Shown here: piece by piece, positions 24,693 through 35,517 of the stretch
Layout of the letters: every line of letters starts with the position of its first letter
Numbering within the stretch: the stretch's first letter is position 1
NCBI RefSeq assembly: GCF_009834535.1
Contig: NC_045696.1
Coordinates: forward strand, 930,001 to 994,000
DNA: 64,000 nucleotides
Source: Camelus ferus
Taxonomy: Eukaryota
Reading direction: 5' to 3'
The notes under the pieces: generated by a model
Database searches by the model: none
Seen by the model: the letters and a program-made list of their open reading frames with translations, nothing else
Told to the model about the DNA's origin: nothing
Program-made: the position numbers and the translations under genes

Positions 24693-25989
24693 CGAAATAA
24701 CTAAAGATTGGAAAAGGACGGGAGTGGCGTTCTGGGACTTGAGCAAACTCAGAGCTCAGAATTCCCCAAGGAAGAGAAGCCTCAGAGGTGACTAGAGAGG
24801 GAGGGGCAACCTGAGACGGCTGGGCGAGCCATCGGGCGCAGCAGTAGGAGCCGAGGGGCTGGGCAGCGTGCTCGCTCAGCAGGAGGCCAGGGCCTCTCAG
24901 GCCCACAGAGACCAAAGGAGAGCCACAGACTGTCCCAGAGCCACTGCTAAGGGCTGCAGCCCAGTGACGAGGACACTGAGTCCAAAAGAAGGACGTGAGA
25001 CCAAGAAGCAGCAGTAAACGAAGCCCCGAAACTTGGCTGTAAAATAAACCACATAGCGACTAATTTGGGGGATTTGACTGGAAGATGGAGGTAGGACAGC
25101 AGGGCTGTGGGCTTCCCAGTGAGGTGTGGGCAGGGGGGACACCCCAAGTCACCCCCCAGGTGCAGGAGGAACCCTGGGAATGTCTCCTGACCCGGCCCCA
25201 CAAGGATGAGAGGCCGTCCCCAGGCCGCGTGCTGACTGCCACCCCCACCGCAGGCCGCCCCCCGCCTGCCTGGTCTGTGCTGCCCAGGCCACAACCTGGG
25301 GGGCGGGGCAGGAGGCCAGCTGCTCCCTACCAGCTGGCGTTACCTCCAGGCTCTGTCCACGGCGGTGGGGGGCATGAAGGAGCCAGGAGCTCATGCTCTG
25401 GTCCCTGAGCTTCTCCAGCTGCGGTGGGAATGGTTGCAACAGGCCCACCCCTGCCACCTTGAGCCTCTTCTCCCTTTCCCGTCCCCAGCACCGTCCCATA
25501 CTGGGCGCAGATGGCCCAGCCTGCTCAGCCAAGTTCTGTCCACCTCGCTTAGGAAGCCCCGCCCCTTTCCCCGCTGCCCGGGACGCACTGGCGCCTGGGT
25601 CTGTCCCAGGGAAGTCCTCTAGGAAGTCGGCAGAGGACTCCAGGGTGCGGGGCTCCAGGGTGGTCCCACGAGGCAGGGGTGCAGGATCTGGGTGGAAGCA
25701 TCCCTTTGGCCCCCAGACGTCCGGTTCTGCAGGGAGAAGCAGAGTGGGGCCACATTCCCGGCGAGCTGGGCCCGGGGGTGTAGCTTTATGGGTGCAGGCG
25801 ACGCCGTCTCCCTCTAACAGCCGTCCCTCACACAGCGCAAGTGCTTTAGCAGGTGCGCACACGCACACCTGCGCACACATGTGCACACCCAGCCGGGCGG
25901 CAGCACTAACAACGCAAGCCCGAGGAAGGGGCTGCCGACCCACGCCACTCCCACTGGCTGAACGGCCCCTCGGCTAAGCAGGCTGGGAG

Positions 25990-26822
25990 CTGGGTCTGCC
26001 GAGCATTTTCAACAAAATCAGAAGAGCTCCCGTACTCTGTGCCTTCTGGGTAAAAAGGTTTCCAACAGTCCCTGAAGAAATGGTGATGTGCTCTGAACGC
26101 TGGTGTCTGGACTGTTTTTGATGTCATGTGACTCTGTGGCCAAAACCTATTGAACTCATCACTTGTAACAGTTCTCATACTTACCTGTTTTTAAAATGTA
26201 GAAACATTTTTTCTAATGTTTAAAAAAAAGGTTTTTCAAATAAAAGCTTTCAGTGAGCTTTGAATCCTTTTGTTAAAAATATACCAATGTAATTTTGGTT
26301 AGATTGCAAGAACCATGATCACGAAAGATGGAAATTTACCAGATGAATCTCACCAAAGGCATTTCATAGCTGGTGGATGGACTGAAGCAAACGGTGTTGT
26401 GATTCCACCAGTGCAGCTGACGATGCTTTTTTTAAATTTCAATTTGCACATTTTGGGAGGTGTCCTCTTTAGTTCTTGGAAGCATTGAGTATTGGAAGAA
26501 GCCCTTTCATGACTTTCATGGCAAGCAGGACCAACGTGTTAGAAGTGACAGGCGTCTTCACTCACACTGAACAGCACAAGTATTCCTTAAATTAGTAATA
26601 GTGTTAAATTGAGTGCAAAATGTTTCTAATAATGAACATTTTCAAATATTTCTTATTTCATTTTATTTCATCCTTTCTCATTTTAGTATATGTTGTATAG
26701 AGTATTTAATATTTTAGTATAGTTAATCATGTACGTATTTTTAATTTGATTACATACATTTGGGAGAATTTGTTCAGATGCTTTTTACTGATCGGTGGGT
26801 GATCAAAACAGTTTTAGGACCA
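25990..26822 (+). mobile_element. hAT-Charlie DNA transposon relic (3' part of transposase plus 3' terminus)
   Basis: AT-rich island in GC-rich DNA. ctgccgagcattttcaacaaaatc...gagctc...tgccttctgggtaaa resembles the Charlie transposase motif YLADIFxKLNELNLSLQG. The end gggtgatcaaaacagttttaggaccag resembles a Charlie 3' terminus (...gatcaaaaaagtttggagaccactg). Recognised from memory. Confidence 0.6.
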
Positions 26823-26945
26823 GAGCGTGTGCTTAGCAGGCACAAGGTCCTGGGTTCAACCCCCAGTACCTCCATTAAAATAAATAAGTAGATAAATCAC
26901 CTAATTACCTCCCCCCAAAACAAAGACAAAAAATAAATAAATGAA
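26822..26945 (+). mobile_element. tRNA-derived SINE (camelid vic-1-like), 5'-truncated
   Basis: agagcgtgtgcttagcaggcacaaggtcctgggttcaacccccagtacctccattaaaataaataa...cctaattacctccccc plus an A-rich tail; B-box GGTTCAACCC. Confidence 0.85.
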
Positions 26946-27299
26946 ACTTAAAATTTTTTTTTAAGTTTTAGGATCACTTATCAGAGTAAAAGATTTTTTT
27001 TAATTTAAATAGTTTAAAAATATGCAAAATGCCAAGAGGAAAACTGGAGCAGCAGAGAGCAAAATGCCAAGAGCTTCTCATGGACGACAGCCGCCTACGG
27101 GCTGGTGAGAATTGGTTGAATCGCGGATGTGAAACTGGTGCCTGGCGCTGGGTCGGGGCAGCAGGGGCTGCCGCTCTCAGAAGGGTGCGTGGTGGGAACC
27201 CGCCAGCTCTCCCGACCGCGGCCCCCACCCAGCGCACGCCCCCAGCTCTCCTGCCCGAGAGTTCTTCCAGAACGTGCTGCTCGCCCACGAAGTGACACC

Positions 27300-27725
27300 C
27301 GTGTCCACTCCTCTGGGCCCGGAGTGGACTCCTGTGGACGCCTGTTCACACGTGCTGTGTGTGATGCTGTGTGACGTCTGAGGCCAGGCCGGAAGGGACA
27401 ATTCAGCTCTCCCCTCTCTGTCTCTCTTGGACCACCTGCCCTGGAGCCCCAAGGCACCAAGGACCAAGCATGAAGCCACTGTGCTGAGGAGGCCACGTGC
27501 AGAGACGCGCGGACACAGCGAGAGGCCCTGTGGAGCCCGGCTGTGGACTCCTTCCAACCTAGGCACCAGACCCAGACGTGAGCAAGCCTTCAGTGGTCCC
27601 CAGCCATCATCCGAGAGCAGACGAGGGCCAGCTGCCCAGAGGAGCCCAAACAGACAACGCGACATGACTGCTGCTGCTTTAACCTCTAAGTGTCTAGGGG
27701 ATTGGCTCTGTGCTGACTAGCAGAC
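27300..27725 (+). mobile_element. MaLR LTR fragment (MLT1F-H-like)
   Basis: gccactgtgctgaggaggccacgtg...aggcaccagacccagacgtgagcaagccttcag...tgctttaacctctaagtgtctaggg. Confidence 0.5.
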
Positions 27726-29614
27726 ACTGGCCCTGAGTCTCAGTGCCCGTAAAGGAGCTGGACCCATAGGTTAGCGTCCAGCTGTGTGCATCCCACTTGT
27801 CAGGAGAGCCGGGGGAACTGGGGAAATGAGCATGGATGCTACTTCTGTTGACCCAGCCGATACCAGAGTGGCTCCTGCAGCCAGCAAGAAGGCCGGGACC
27901 CGAGCATGGGGATGCGGGCTGCCCTCCCACTGTGGGCAAGGAGGGAGGGGTATCAGAGAGTCAAGTGTGCAAAGTTGGAGACCTTGCTGCCTCAGGAGAG
28001 GAGCTGCTGGGTCCGTCCGCCCAGCCCTGCCCCAACCTGCCCGAGGACCTCATTGCAGGCAGGCGGCCCATCCCTGTATCTTCCTTGAAACAGAAGAAAC
28101 AGCAACACAGGCAAACACCGTCGATGGTGCCTGTGCCTTTAAACTGCTGTTAAGGCAGAATTTTAATCAGCCCAAAGCCAGGACAGGCCCCCATAAGCAC
28201 TGGGATTAACAGCTCAGCATCGCAGCAGCAGGCAGGCGTCCGGCCCCAGGACGAGGGACCGTCCCCCAGAGGACCTCAGTCCTGAGAGCCCGTTAAACAA
28301 GTCATGTCAGCAGAAGCTGCAGGCCCGCGGCCCTGGGGGTCCTGCCACTCTGTGCCTTGTTTATGATGACGAATGACACTTACTTTGGGACAAAATTTCA
28401 CATTAAAATGTTCAAGGGGGAGAAACCTGCACGTGATTTTGATGAGGATTTTGACTGATCCTTCCTGGGAATTTATGCCATGGTGATGGGGATGGGGGGG
28501 CCTCCGGATTAAACCGTCGGTTCTGGAAACACAGCACATCCTGCGCCAGCTGCCTGTCACTTGAAACTACAGTCTTTGGCTTAAGCGTATTTCTCCTCCT
28601 AAGCTGCCCGGCATGTACTCTGCCTGAGAGCGGCTTTGCAGAGCAAAGATGTTTATTTCCCGAGTCGCAGAAAATCCGTACCCCTCCGAGTGATCTGCTT
28701 ACGTGAGAAGTTAAGTAATGAAGCGCAGGGCTGTGGGGGTGGGGCCACCGAGGCCCTGATGCAGCCCAGACGGCCCCTCCAGCCTGACATCGACATCGGC
28801 TCGTGGCCTGCTCGGCGGTGACAGCGCTTACCTCTCAAAGGTGAGGGCGCCGTTTTGTTAGGTGTGTGGAACCACGGGTCTGAGTCAGTCCACAGAGCGG
28901 GGAGGGGCTGGGCCTTAGGAGCCCCTGACCGGCTCCTCCCCCTTCTCCGGAGACGGGGCAGCGGCCCCAGGGCAGCGAGGTCCCCGTGTCACCACCACCT
29001 CTGGTGGCAAGGCCCAGGCATGGCTGTGAGCCCCAGTTTCCCCCTCTGCACGGGAGACGTCGATCCACGTCCTGCTTTAGTCTCTGTCACAGCCCACGTG
29101 CCCCCTTCACTACTCTCCTGATCTCCTTCCAGGATAGAAGCTGTGGGCGCGAGTTGGGGGAGATCCTACGCGTTTCCGACAGCGTCCGGAACATGCGAGA
29201 ACGTGCGGGAACATCATACGGGAACGTGCGGGGACTTGCCGGGCTGCCCGCGAGGCAGGGACAAGTCAGGTGACCTGCCCAGGCCTCGGTGTCCCCGTCT
29301 GTAAGACGGCATCTCCAGAAGAGGTGACATTTAGGGGCCTCCCAGGACTCACATGCTGAGTCTAAAGTTTCAAACAAATTAGATGAAATGAAAGGGAGAT
29401 GTAATCACACTGACAGCGGAGCTGCAGGGAGCAGGGCTGGGAGAAGCAGGCCGGAGGGGAAGGTGGTTTCATGGAAATGCATGGAACCAGGCCACTCACA
29501 GACCCGGAAGTAGCAAGGACGCTTCTGGGATTACGGTGTCTTTTCTGCCCCAAGAGGGAAAGGTTTGCTGTGTCTCGGTCACTCCACTGAAAACTGCTGG
29601 ACCGAAGCACTGAA

Positions 29615-30000
29615 GGTTGGCCCCTCACAGCTGTCCAGACTTGCAAGTGTGACCCTGTGTGGGAAAAGGGCTTTGTGGGCGGGATTACATTAACGATCTC
29701 ACGACGAGAAGCTGTCCTGGGTAAGCAAGTGGGCCCCACGTGCCCAGTGTCCTTGTAAGAGAGCAGCCCAGGGAGCTCTTTCCACTGACGGAGGGGCTGG
29801 GGAGGCCTCGGGGCCAGGGCCCTGCAACGCGGCCACAAGCTAATGGAGCCGGGGAGCCGCTCGGACCTGGAAGAGCTCAGGGCCTTTGGGGGCAGCTCAG
29901 CCCTGCTGACACCTTGATTTTGGCCCAGTGACTGATTTCAGACCCCTGGCCTCCAGAGTGTGAGAGAATGACACCATGTTGGTGCACACCGCCACGTCTG
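29615..30000 (+). mobile_element. MaLR LTR (MLT1C/D-like)
   Basis: gaaaagggctttgtgggcgggattacattaacgatctc...ccctgctgacaccttgattttggcccagtgactgatttcagacccctggcctccagagtgtgagagaat. Confidence 0.75.
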
Positions 30001-30904
30001 TGCAGGCCCAGGGGCTGGTGCACTGGCTCTCCTCGAGGGAGGTGAGTGGTGGGCATGGTGCAGGGCCAGCCCCCCAGGAAAGAGACCCCAGTGCTCGGTC
30101 CATCCCCTGAAGATGCCCAGCTCCTCAGAAAAGGAGGCCGGGCTGGGCCACACAGACGCAAACGCACCTCGGCCCTGTTCACGCAGGAAACGCTGAAAGG
30201 CTGCGTTCTCTTTAAATCACTGGGTCTGCTCCACAGAACACCCAGCTGTCCACACCCCTTGGTGCTGACTCCCAGGGAACCTGGGGCACGAGTCCAGAGA
30301 ACTGTCTGGAAGGAGAGCTGGGCTCTCAGCTCAGCCACTTGCCTGAGGCCTCCAGCCCACCAGCCCCGCCAGCCCCTCAAGCCCGCTGAGCGCCGGGTCC
30401 TCCTCCACTGCGGCCTCCCTCAGCAGCCACAGGGAGACCCAGGCTCTGACACAAATGTGCAGAGACCCCAGAGGCCAGCCCAGGGCCAGGCCCTCGAGGA
30501 GACAGGAGGTCACCAGATGTCCAGGAGGAGCTGTCCTGCCTGAGACCAGACTGGGACACACCCAGGGGAACGCGGGGTCTGATAGCTGCTGTCCAAGACA
30601 TGGCAAAGCGCAAGTGTAACCTCCCGAAACTGAAGCTCATTCTAAGTGCTAACTCTTAATTCAGAGTTTTGATTTAAATATAATTTCAACTTCCAACTGT
30701 TCTGAAATGTGCTTTATGATGCTTCTGTCCCTGAGCACAACTTGAGAAGCAAAGGGAAGTGCACCATGGGACTGGGTCCCAGGAGCGGCGGGACACACTG
30801 TCCTAATATCCTCGATCATCATCCTGTGGAAAACTTTGTTTTGTCTTTCATTTTTAGTTCCACAGTCTCCTTGGAGTTGGTTTTTGTGGATGCTGTGAAA
30901 TGGG

Positions 30905-32170
30905 AGTTTTATCAGTCAGCACTGGCTGTGTAACAAACCACCCAAACCTGCAGGTTTAGAACATGAGCAGTGTGTTTGTCTCATGAATGTGGGCCTGGCG
31001 GGGCTGTCCTCGGCTGGACTGGCTGTTGATCTCTGGGACCCCTCTGTGCGTCTGTGCCAGCTGGGGGGTTGGCTGTTGGCAGGGTGATCCGTGATGCCTC
31101 CCTCACATTCTGGATGGGCAGGCGGGCCAGCAGGACGCAGGGTGATCGGGCTGCAGGGGGCGCAGTGGTGGCAGCCTCAAGACGCTCAAGGGCAGCAAGA
31201 CAGCAAGGCCAGGGAGCAGATGCATTCAGATCTCTGCACATGCCCCACTGGCCACCATCCCTCGGTTAAAGTAAGTCTCCAGTGGAGGACAGGGACTGAG
31301 GAGCACCCAGAGACACACTCAGCCAGCATGAAGACAGGCAGGCAGGAATCTCCCGCCACACTCAAAATCCACCACAGCCCACCCTCCGGCCCCAAATGAC
31401 TCTCCATCCTCCATGTGTAAAACAGTCTCAGCCCTTCCCAGGACCCCCCAGTCCCTCCGACAGTGGCCTCAGGCTCAAAGTTCTTTATCCTCTCCAGAGA
31501 CTGAAGAACTAAAGAGCCTGTGTCTGCCCCCATGGCCACACCAGTCTCGCTGGGGCGGCTCCCACTGCTGCGAGGGATCCCGTATCTGTGGGGCTGTGTC
31601 CTTACGAGTCCTTTAGTCCAGTACTGCCTTCAGCCTTTCAGAGGGGTCTTGCCCCTTGACTGGACTAACCCTGAGGCCAGTTATCATCTTGAGAATGTCT
31701 GAGACACACACTGTGAAACCCAGCAAGCCCTGCCCTTTCTAGACACCCTGCAAGACTGCAAACTGAATAATTCTTTAGTTCCTGTTTCTCTTTTGTACAT
31801 GACCATAGGCAGCTAAAAGCTGCCAGTGGACACTTTCTAAGTCCTCCTGTAAAGCCTCCTGCTGAGGCTCACAGTCAGATTATTTTCTGCCATCCCAGGC
31901 GACAGATAGGTTCCAGTCATTTGGAAATTACATGACATCAGCTTCACGCTTCCAACCTCCAGGAATAAATTCCTCATCACCCCCAGCTCTGCTTGCCCAA
32001 GGAGGCACTCTGTCTCAGTCAGCTTTGCTGCATAACAAACCACCTCAAAACTTAAAAGCTTGAATCAACAACCTCATACTCAGCCCACAACCCTGAGCCT
32101 CGGCTAGGCGGCTCTTCTGGGCTGGGCCGGAGCTGCTGAGCTCTGCCGGACACTGGTGCATCTCAGACCA
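30905..32170 (-). mobile_element. MaLR provirus remnant: 3' LTR (30905-31376), short internal segment (31377-32010), partial 5' LTR (32011-~32170)
   Basis: Two homologous LTR ends (tcagtcagcactggctgtgtaacaaaccacccaaac; tgtctcagtcagctttgctgcataacaaaccacctcaaaac). A purine-rich tract on the minus strand (ggggccggagggtgggc) abuts the LTR start TGTGGTGG. Confidence 0.65.
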
Positions 32171-35100
32171 CTCTGCCCACTTCTGGCCTATTTCCCACCC
32201 CTGTCCGGTCCTGTGCTTTGCTGTTTCAGTCCTGCGTGTTCTTCAAGCCCATGGAGGTTATTGCTGTAGTTTTATGCACCCAGGGCCATTGGATTTACCC
32301 CGAGCTTTCCTCTTCGTGGTCTTCAGTTGCCTTCCCCCGACACCCACCTGGAGTCGTGGTCCTTCTGTGTGCAAAGTACAGGGATAAATTTTAATCAGTT
32401 CTTCGGGGGAGGGGCCGTGGAAATCCTTTCTTCCACGTTCATTTTTTTCTCTTTGTCCGTGATTTCCAGTTCTTCATTCTGTTGTTCTCAGGCCAGACTT
32501 CTTTTCTGTTTTCCTGCATGGTGTTTCAGTGCTCGGCTTTAGGGAATTCTCAGCCATTGTCTCTGTGACGCTTTCTTTGGCTCACACTGCTTCCCCCCCC
32601 CCCCCCGCCCCGTCCAGGACTCAGATTAAGCATTTGTGAAATGCCTTCCTTATCACACTTTCCCCTCTTTTACTGTTTGCAGGTTTTGTATCACTCTGCT
32701 TCCCCTTCAACGTGGTTGTCTGCGATGTGAGTGAAATTTAGTAAGAGCTGCGCTGCACGACGCGTGACTCCACTGACCAGAGCCCCGGGAAGTGCAGAGC
32801 ACCACACACCACGCCGCGAGAGAAGGTCCGGGGAGGGTGCCCGCCTGCCTCTGCCCCATGACCCTGCCCATCTCTGCGGACGTGGCCGGCCCCTCGTGGG
32901 ACACGGGTCCCTCTGACACTGGCCCGCAGTCTGCGTTCACACTTCAGTGAAGGCAAGTTTCTCTCTCACGACGGAAGGTTAAATGTACAAATATGGAGCA
33001 AAATCTCTGCTGCTTATGCCCTGCAGACCCCAGGCATCAGGCGCGAGTCCCGGGGGGGCCTGGTCTTCTACGTCCCCACGTCCCATAGGAGGGGTCTCGG
33101 GCCGGCACTGTGGTGACGCCTGTGGGGGTCTGTCCCCGTGAACGAAGAACAAAGTGTCCCTCCTGAGAGCAGGGTGACCGTGAATAGAGCCACGACTCCA
33201 CTCCCTGGAAAACGACAGGACGCACCCAAACTGCCAGGGTTTCATGTTGCTTTCAAGGCTCTGACTCACAGCTTATCTTTGCCCTTGTGCGTTTTAGGAG
33301 ACAGCCTCTGTCAGGCTGCATTTGCATCACTTCTGGACTTACTTAAAATCTGATGCTCTTGGTGCGACATGTCCTCAGCTAAAAGCTGTCCGAGAAGAGC
33401 TGAACTGTCTTCCCTGTCTAACTAAGCTTCAGATTTGCTCCCTGGCCGCCTGACACTGCTAGCCTTGGTCACCCCATCTCATACCCAGAAACGCACTTCC
33501 GTCTCTGAGGCTGCCTCCCCCACACACATGCGTCTGGGCACGTGGCCAGGGCACCATCCTCTCCCTGACAGCTGCTCGACGATGCTCTTGTCATCCTAGC
33601 CGCGGGTTCTCGGCAGCCTAAGCCTCTTCTGCGCCCCGGGAACTCGAAAAGAATCCCTACCCCCCAGGAACACGGCTGCACCTCAAATCACCTTGGCGTG
33701 AAGGGACAGTGAGGCCGGGTGGACAAAGGGTGGGGAAAAGCAGTCGCTGGGAGCCTAAAAAGGGGAAGTGGCCTGCAGGTGGGGACGGGGCCATGGGGGG
33801 ACCTGGGAAAGAAGCACCAGACCTGGTGGGCCCAGTGGGAGAATTCTCCCTCCCCCTGCGGGAGTGGCCACTCTGTGACTCAGTCAGCCTCCTGCCCAGC
33901 CATTCCCAGGACTCACCAAGGAGCCTGAGTGGTGGCCAGGGCCACAGGGAGGGGCCTCACACGGGGGCAGCAGTGGACACTCTGTCCCACACAGGTGTGG
34001 CCATGGCTGGAGCTCAGCGCCAGCTCATGGGAGCTGCTGACCCTCAGCACCTCTCAGACTGGGCACGCTGGCCCCTCATCCTGGGGGGCTGCAGGGCTCT
34101 CCTTACCCGCTCAGGCTTCTCCCAACTCAGCCCCCTCAACACCTCATCTCACAGCGACAGTTCTGAGCACACACTGACTCAGGGGATGGATTCAGCCAAG
34201 CCACTGCCATTTGTACAGTCGGGTGGGCTTACTGGACAGTGAAACAGTTCACCAGACTCAGGCGGAGCAGCTGGGAGAAGCCCCGAAGGGCAGGGACTCT
34301 CAGCAGTTCTCGCCCGATGACCCACGCAGGCCGTTCTGTTCCCAGCCCTGGGAGCCTGGGCCCTGCTGGGTCTAGAAGTTCTGGAGTGAGGATTCTACCA
34401 AGACACGATCAGATTCCCCAGAACTGAGAGCTGACATGGCCTATGAGCCCTCAGGTGCGCAGGCCTCTGCAGGAGTTCGTGTGCTTCCTCGGGTGATCGG
34501 CCTTTCCTATCAAGTCCTGTGTTCTGGGGCTGGGCTGTGTCCCCAGGGCTCCCCTGAGCTCCTCCTACACCAGCCAGGTCTCCACAAAGTGTTCTCTGGG
34601 CAATGCCGTCGGCCAGGAGCAGGGAGCCTTGGAAGTGCCTGCTCTGCCTAACCCGCAGCGCCCCGGCAGTGCCAAGTGTTCTGTGCCAAGATGCTGCTTA
34701 TGATCGCGTGGCCACGAGGGGACGAGCACACAGCCTCGTCCTGCACCTTGCCAGAAGTCACCCCAGAAGCAAAGAACACCGCTGTTTTGTTTTCCAAACT
34801 TTGTTCACTTCCCCCTAATTGAGGCTTCTTTCTTTACTTGGAACCACAAGTTAAGACATGGTCCTGATACTGAGCCAAATTTTGATATCGACTTGGAAGA
34901 AAGAAGGGGACGTCAGCGCTGCAGCCCGACATTTGGGTCCCTGGATTCTGAGCCGCGTGGTTCTCACACTTTGGCCTGAGCTCTGGACGCACTTTCCATG
35001 TGCTGACGGCAGGGGGCGGCGTGGGCCAGTTATGAGGGCCTGGGGGACCCGGGGACACCGGATGGGGTGGGCCACAGGGTCCCTCGCGTGGAGGTCGCCA

Positions 35101-35394
35101 CCAGGCGCAGCTGACCCAAATTATATCTGGAGGAGTTGTTACTGGACCCACTTAACAGACGTCCAGGAACAGCCAAGAAAGCGGCGTATCCTCCAGACTC
35201 GCACCGTCTCGCCCAGGCTTTCCGGGCGCCGGGCTCTTCCCGGCCCGAGTCCACAGCCAGATGCTTTGTTCACTTGTGCCTTAAACACTTCACGGGCCCT
35301 GTCCCCAGGGGCCGCAGAAGAGATGCACACGTATCCTTTCAGAGCAGGACACTGGCTGCCTCCGCCCGAATCAGCATGACCCCTTCTGTCAGGG

Positions 35395-35517
35395 TTTTGT
35401 GTTTTTATTTTGGTGGGGGGAGGTCTTTATTTACTTTTAGAGGAGGTACTGGGGACTGAACCCAGGACCTTGTGCATGCTAAGCATGTGCTCTGCCACTT
35501 GAGCTACACCTTCCCCC
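35395..35517 (-). mobile_element. tRNA-derived SINE (camelid vic-1-like), near full length
   Basis: Minus strand reads GGGGAAGGTGTAGCTCAAGTGGCAGAGCACATGCTTAGCATGCACAAGGTCCTGGGTTCAGTCCCCAGTACCTCC, with A-box and B-box and an A-rich tail. Confidence 0.9.

Noticed and set aside
35440..35517. tRNA-like sequence with A and B boxes
   Set aside because: It is the head of a tRNA-derived SINE with a SINE body and A-rich tail; related copies lie at 26822 and 53220.
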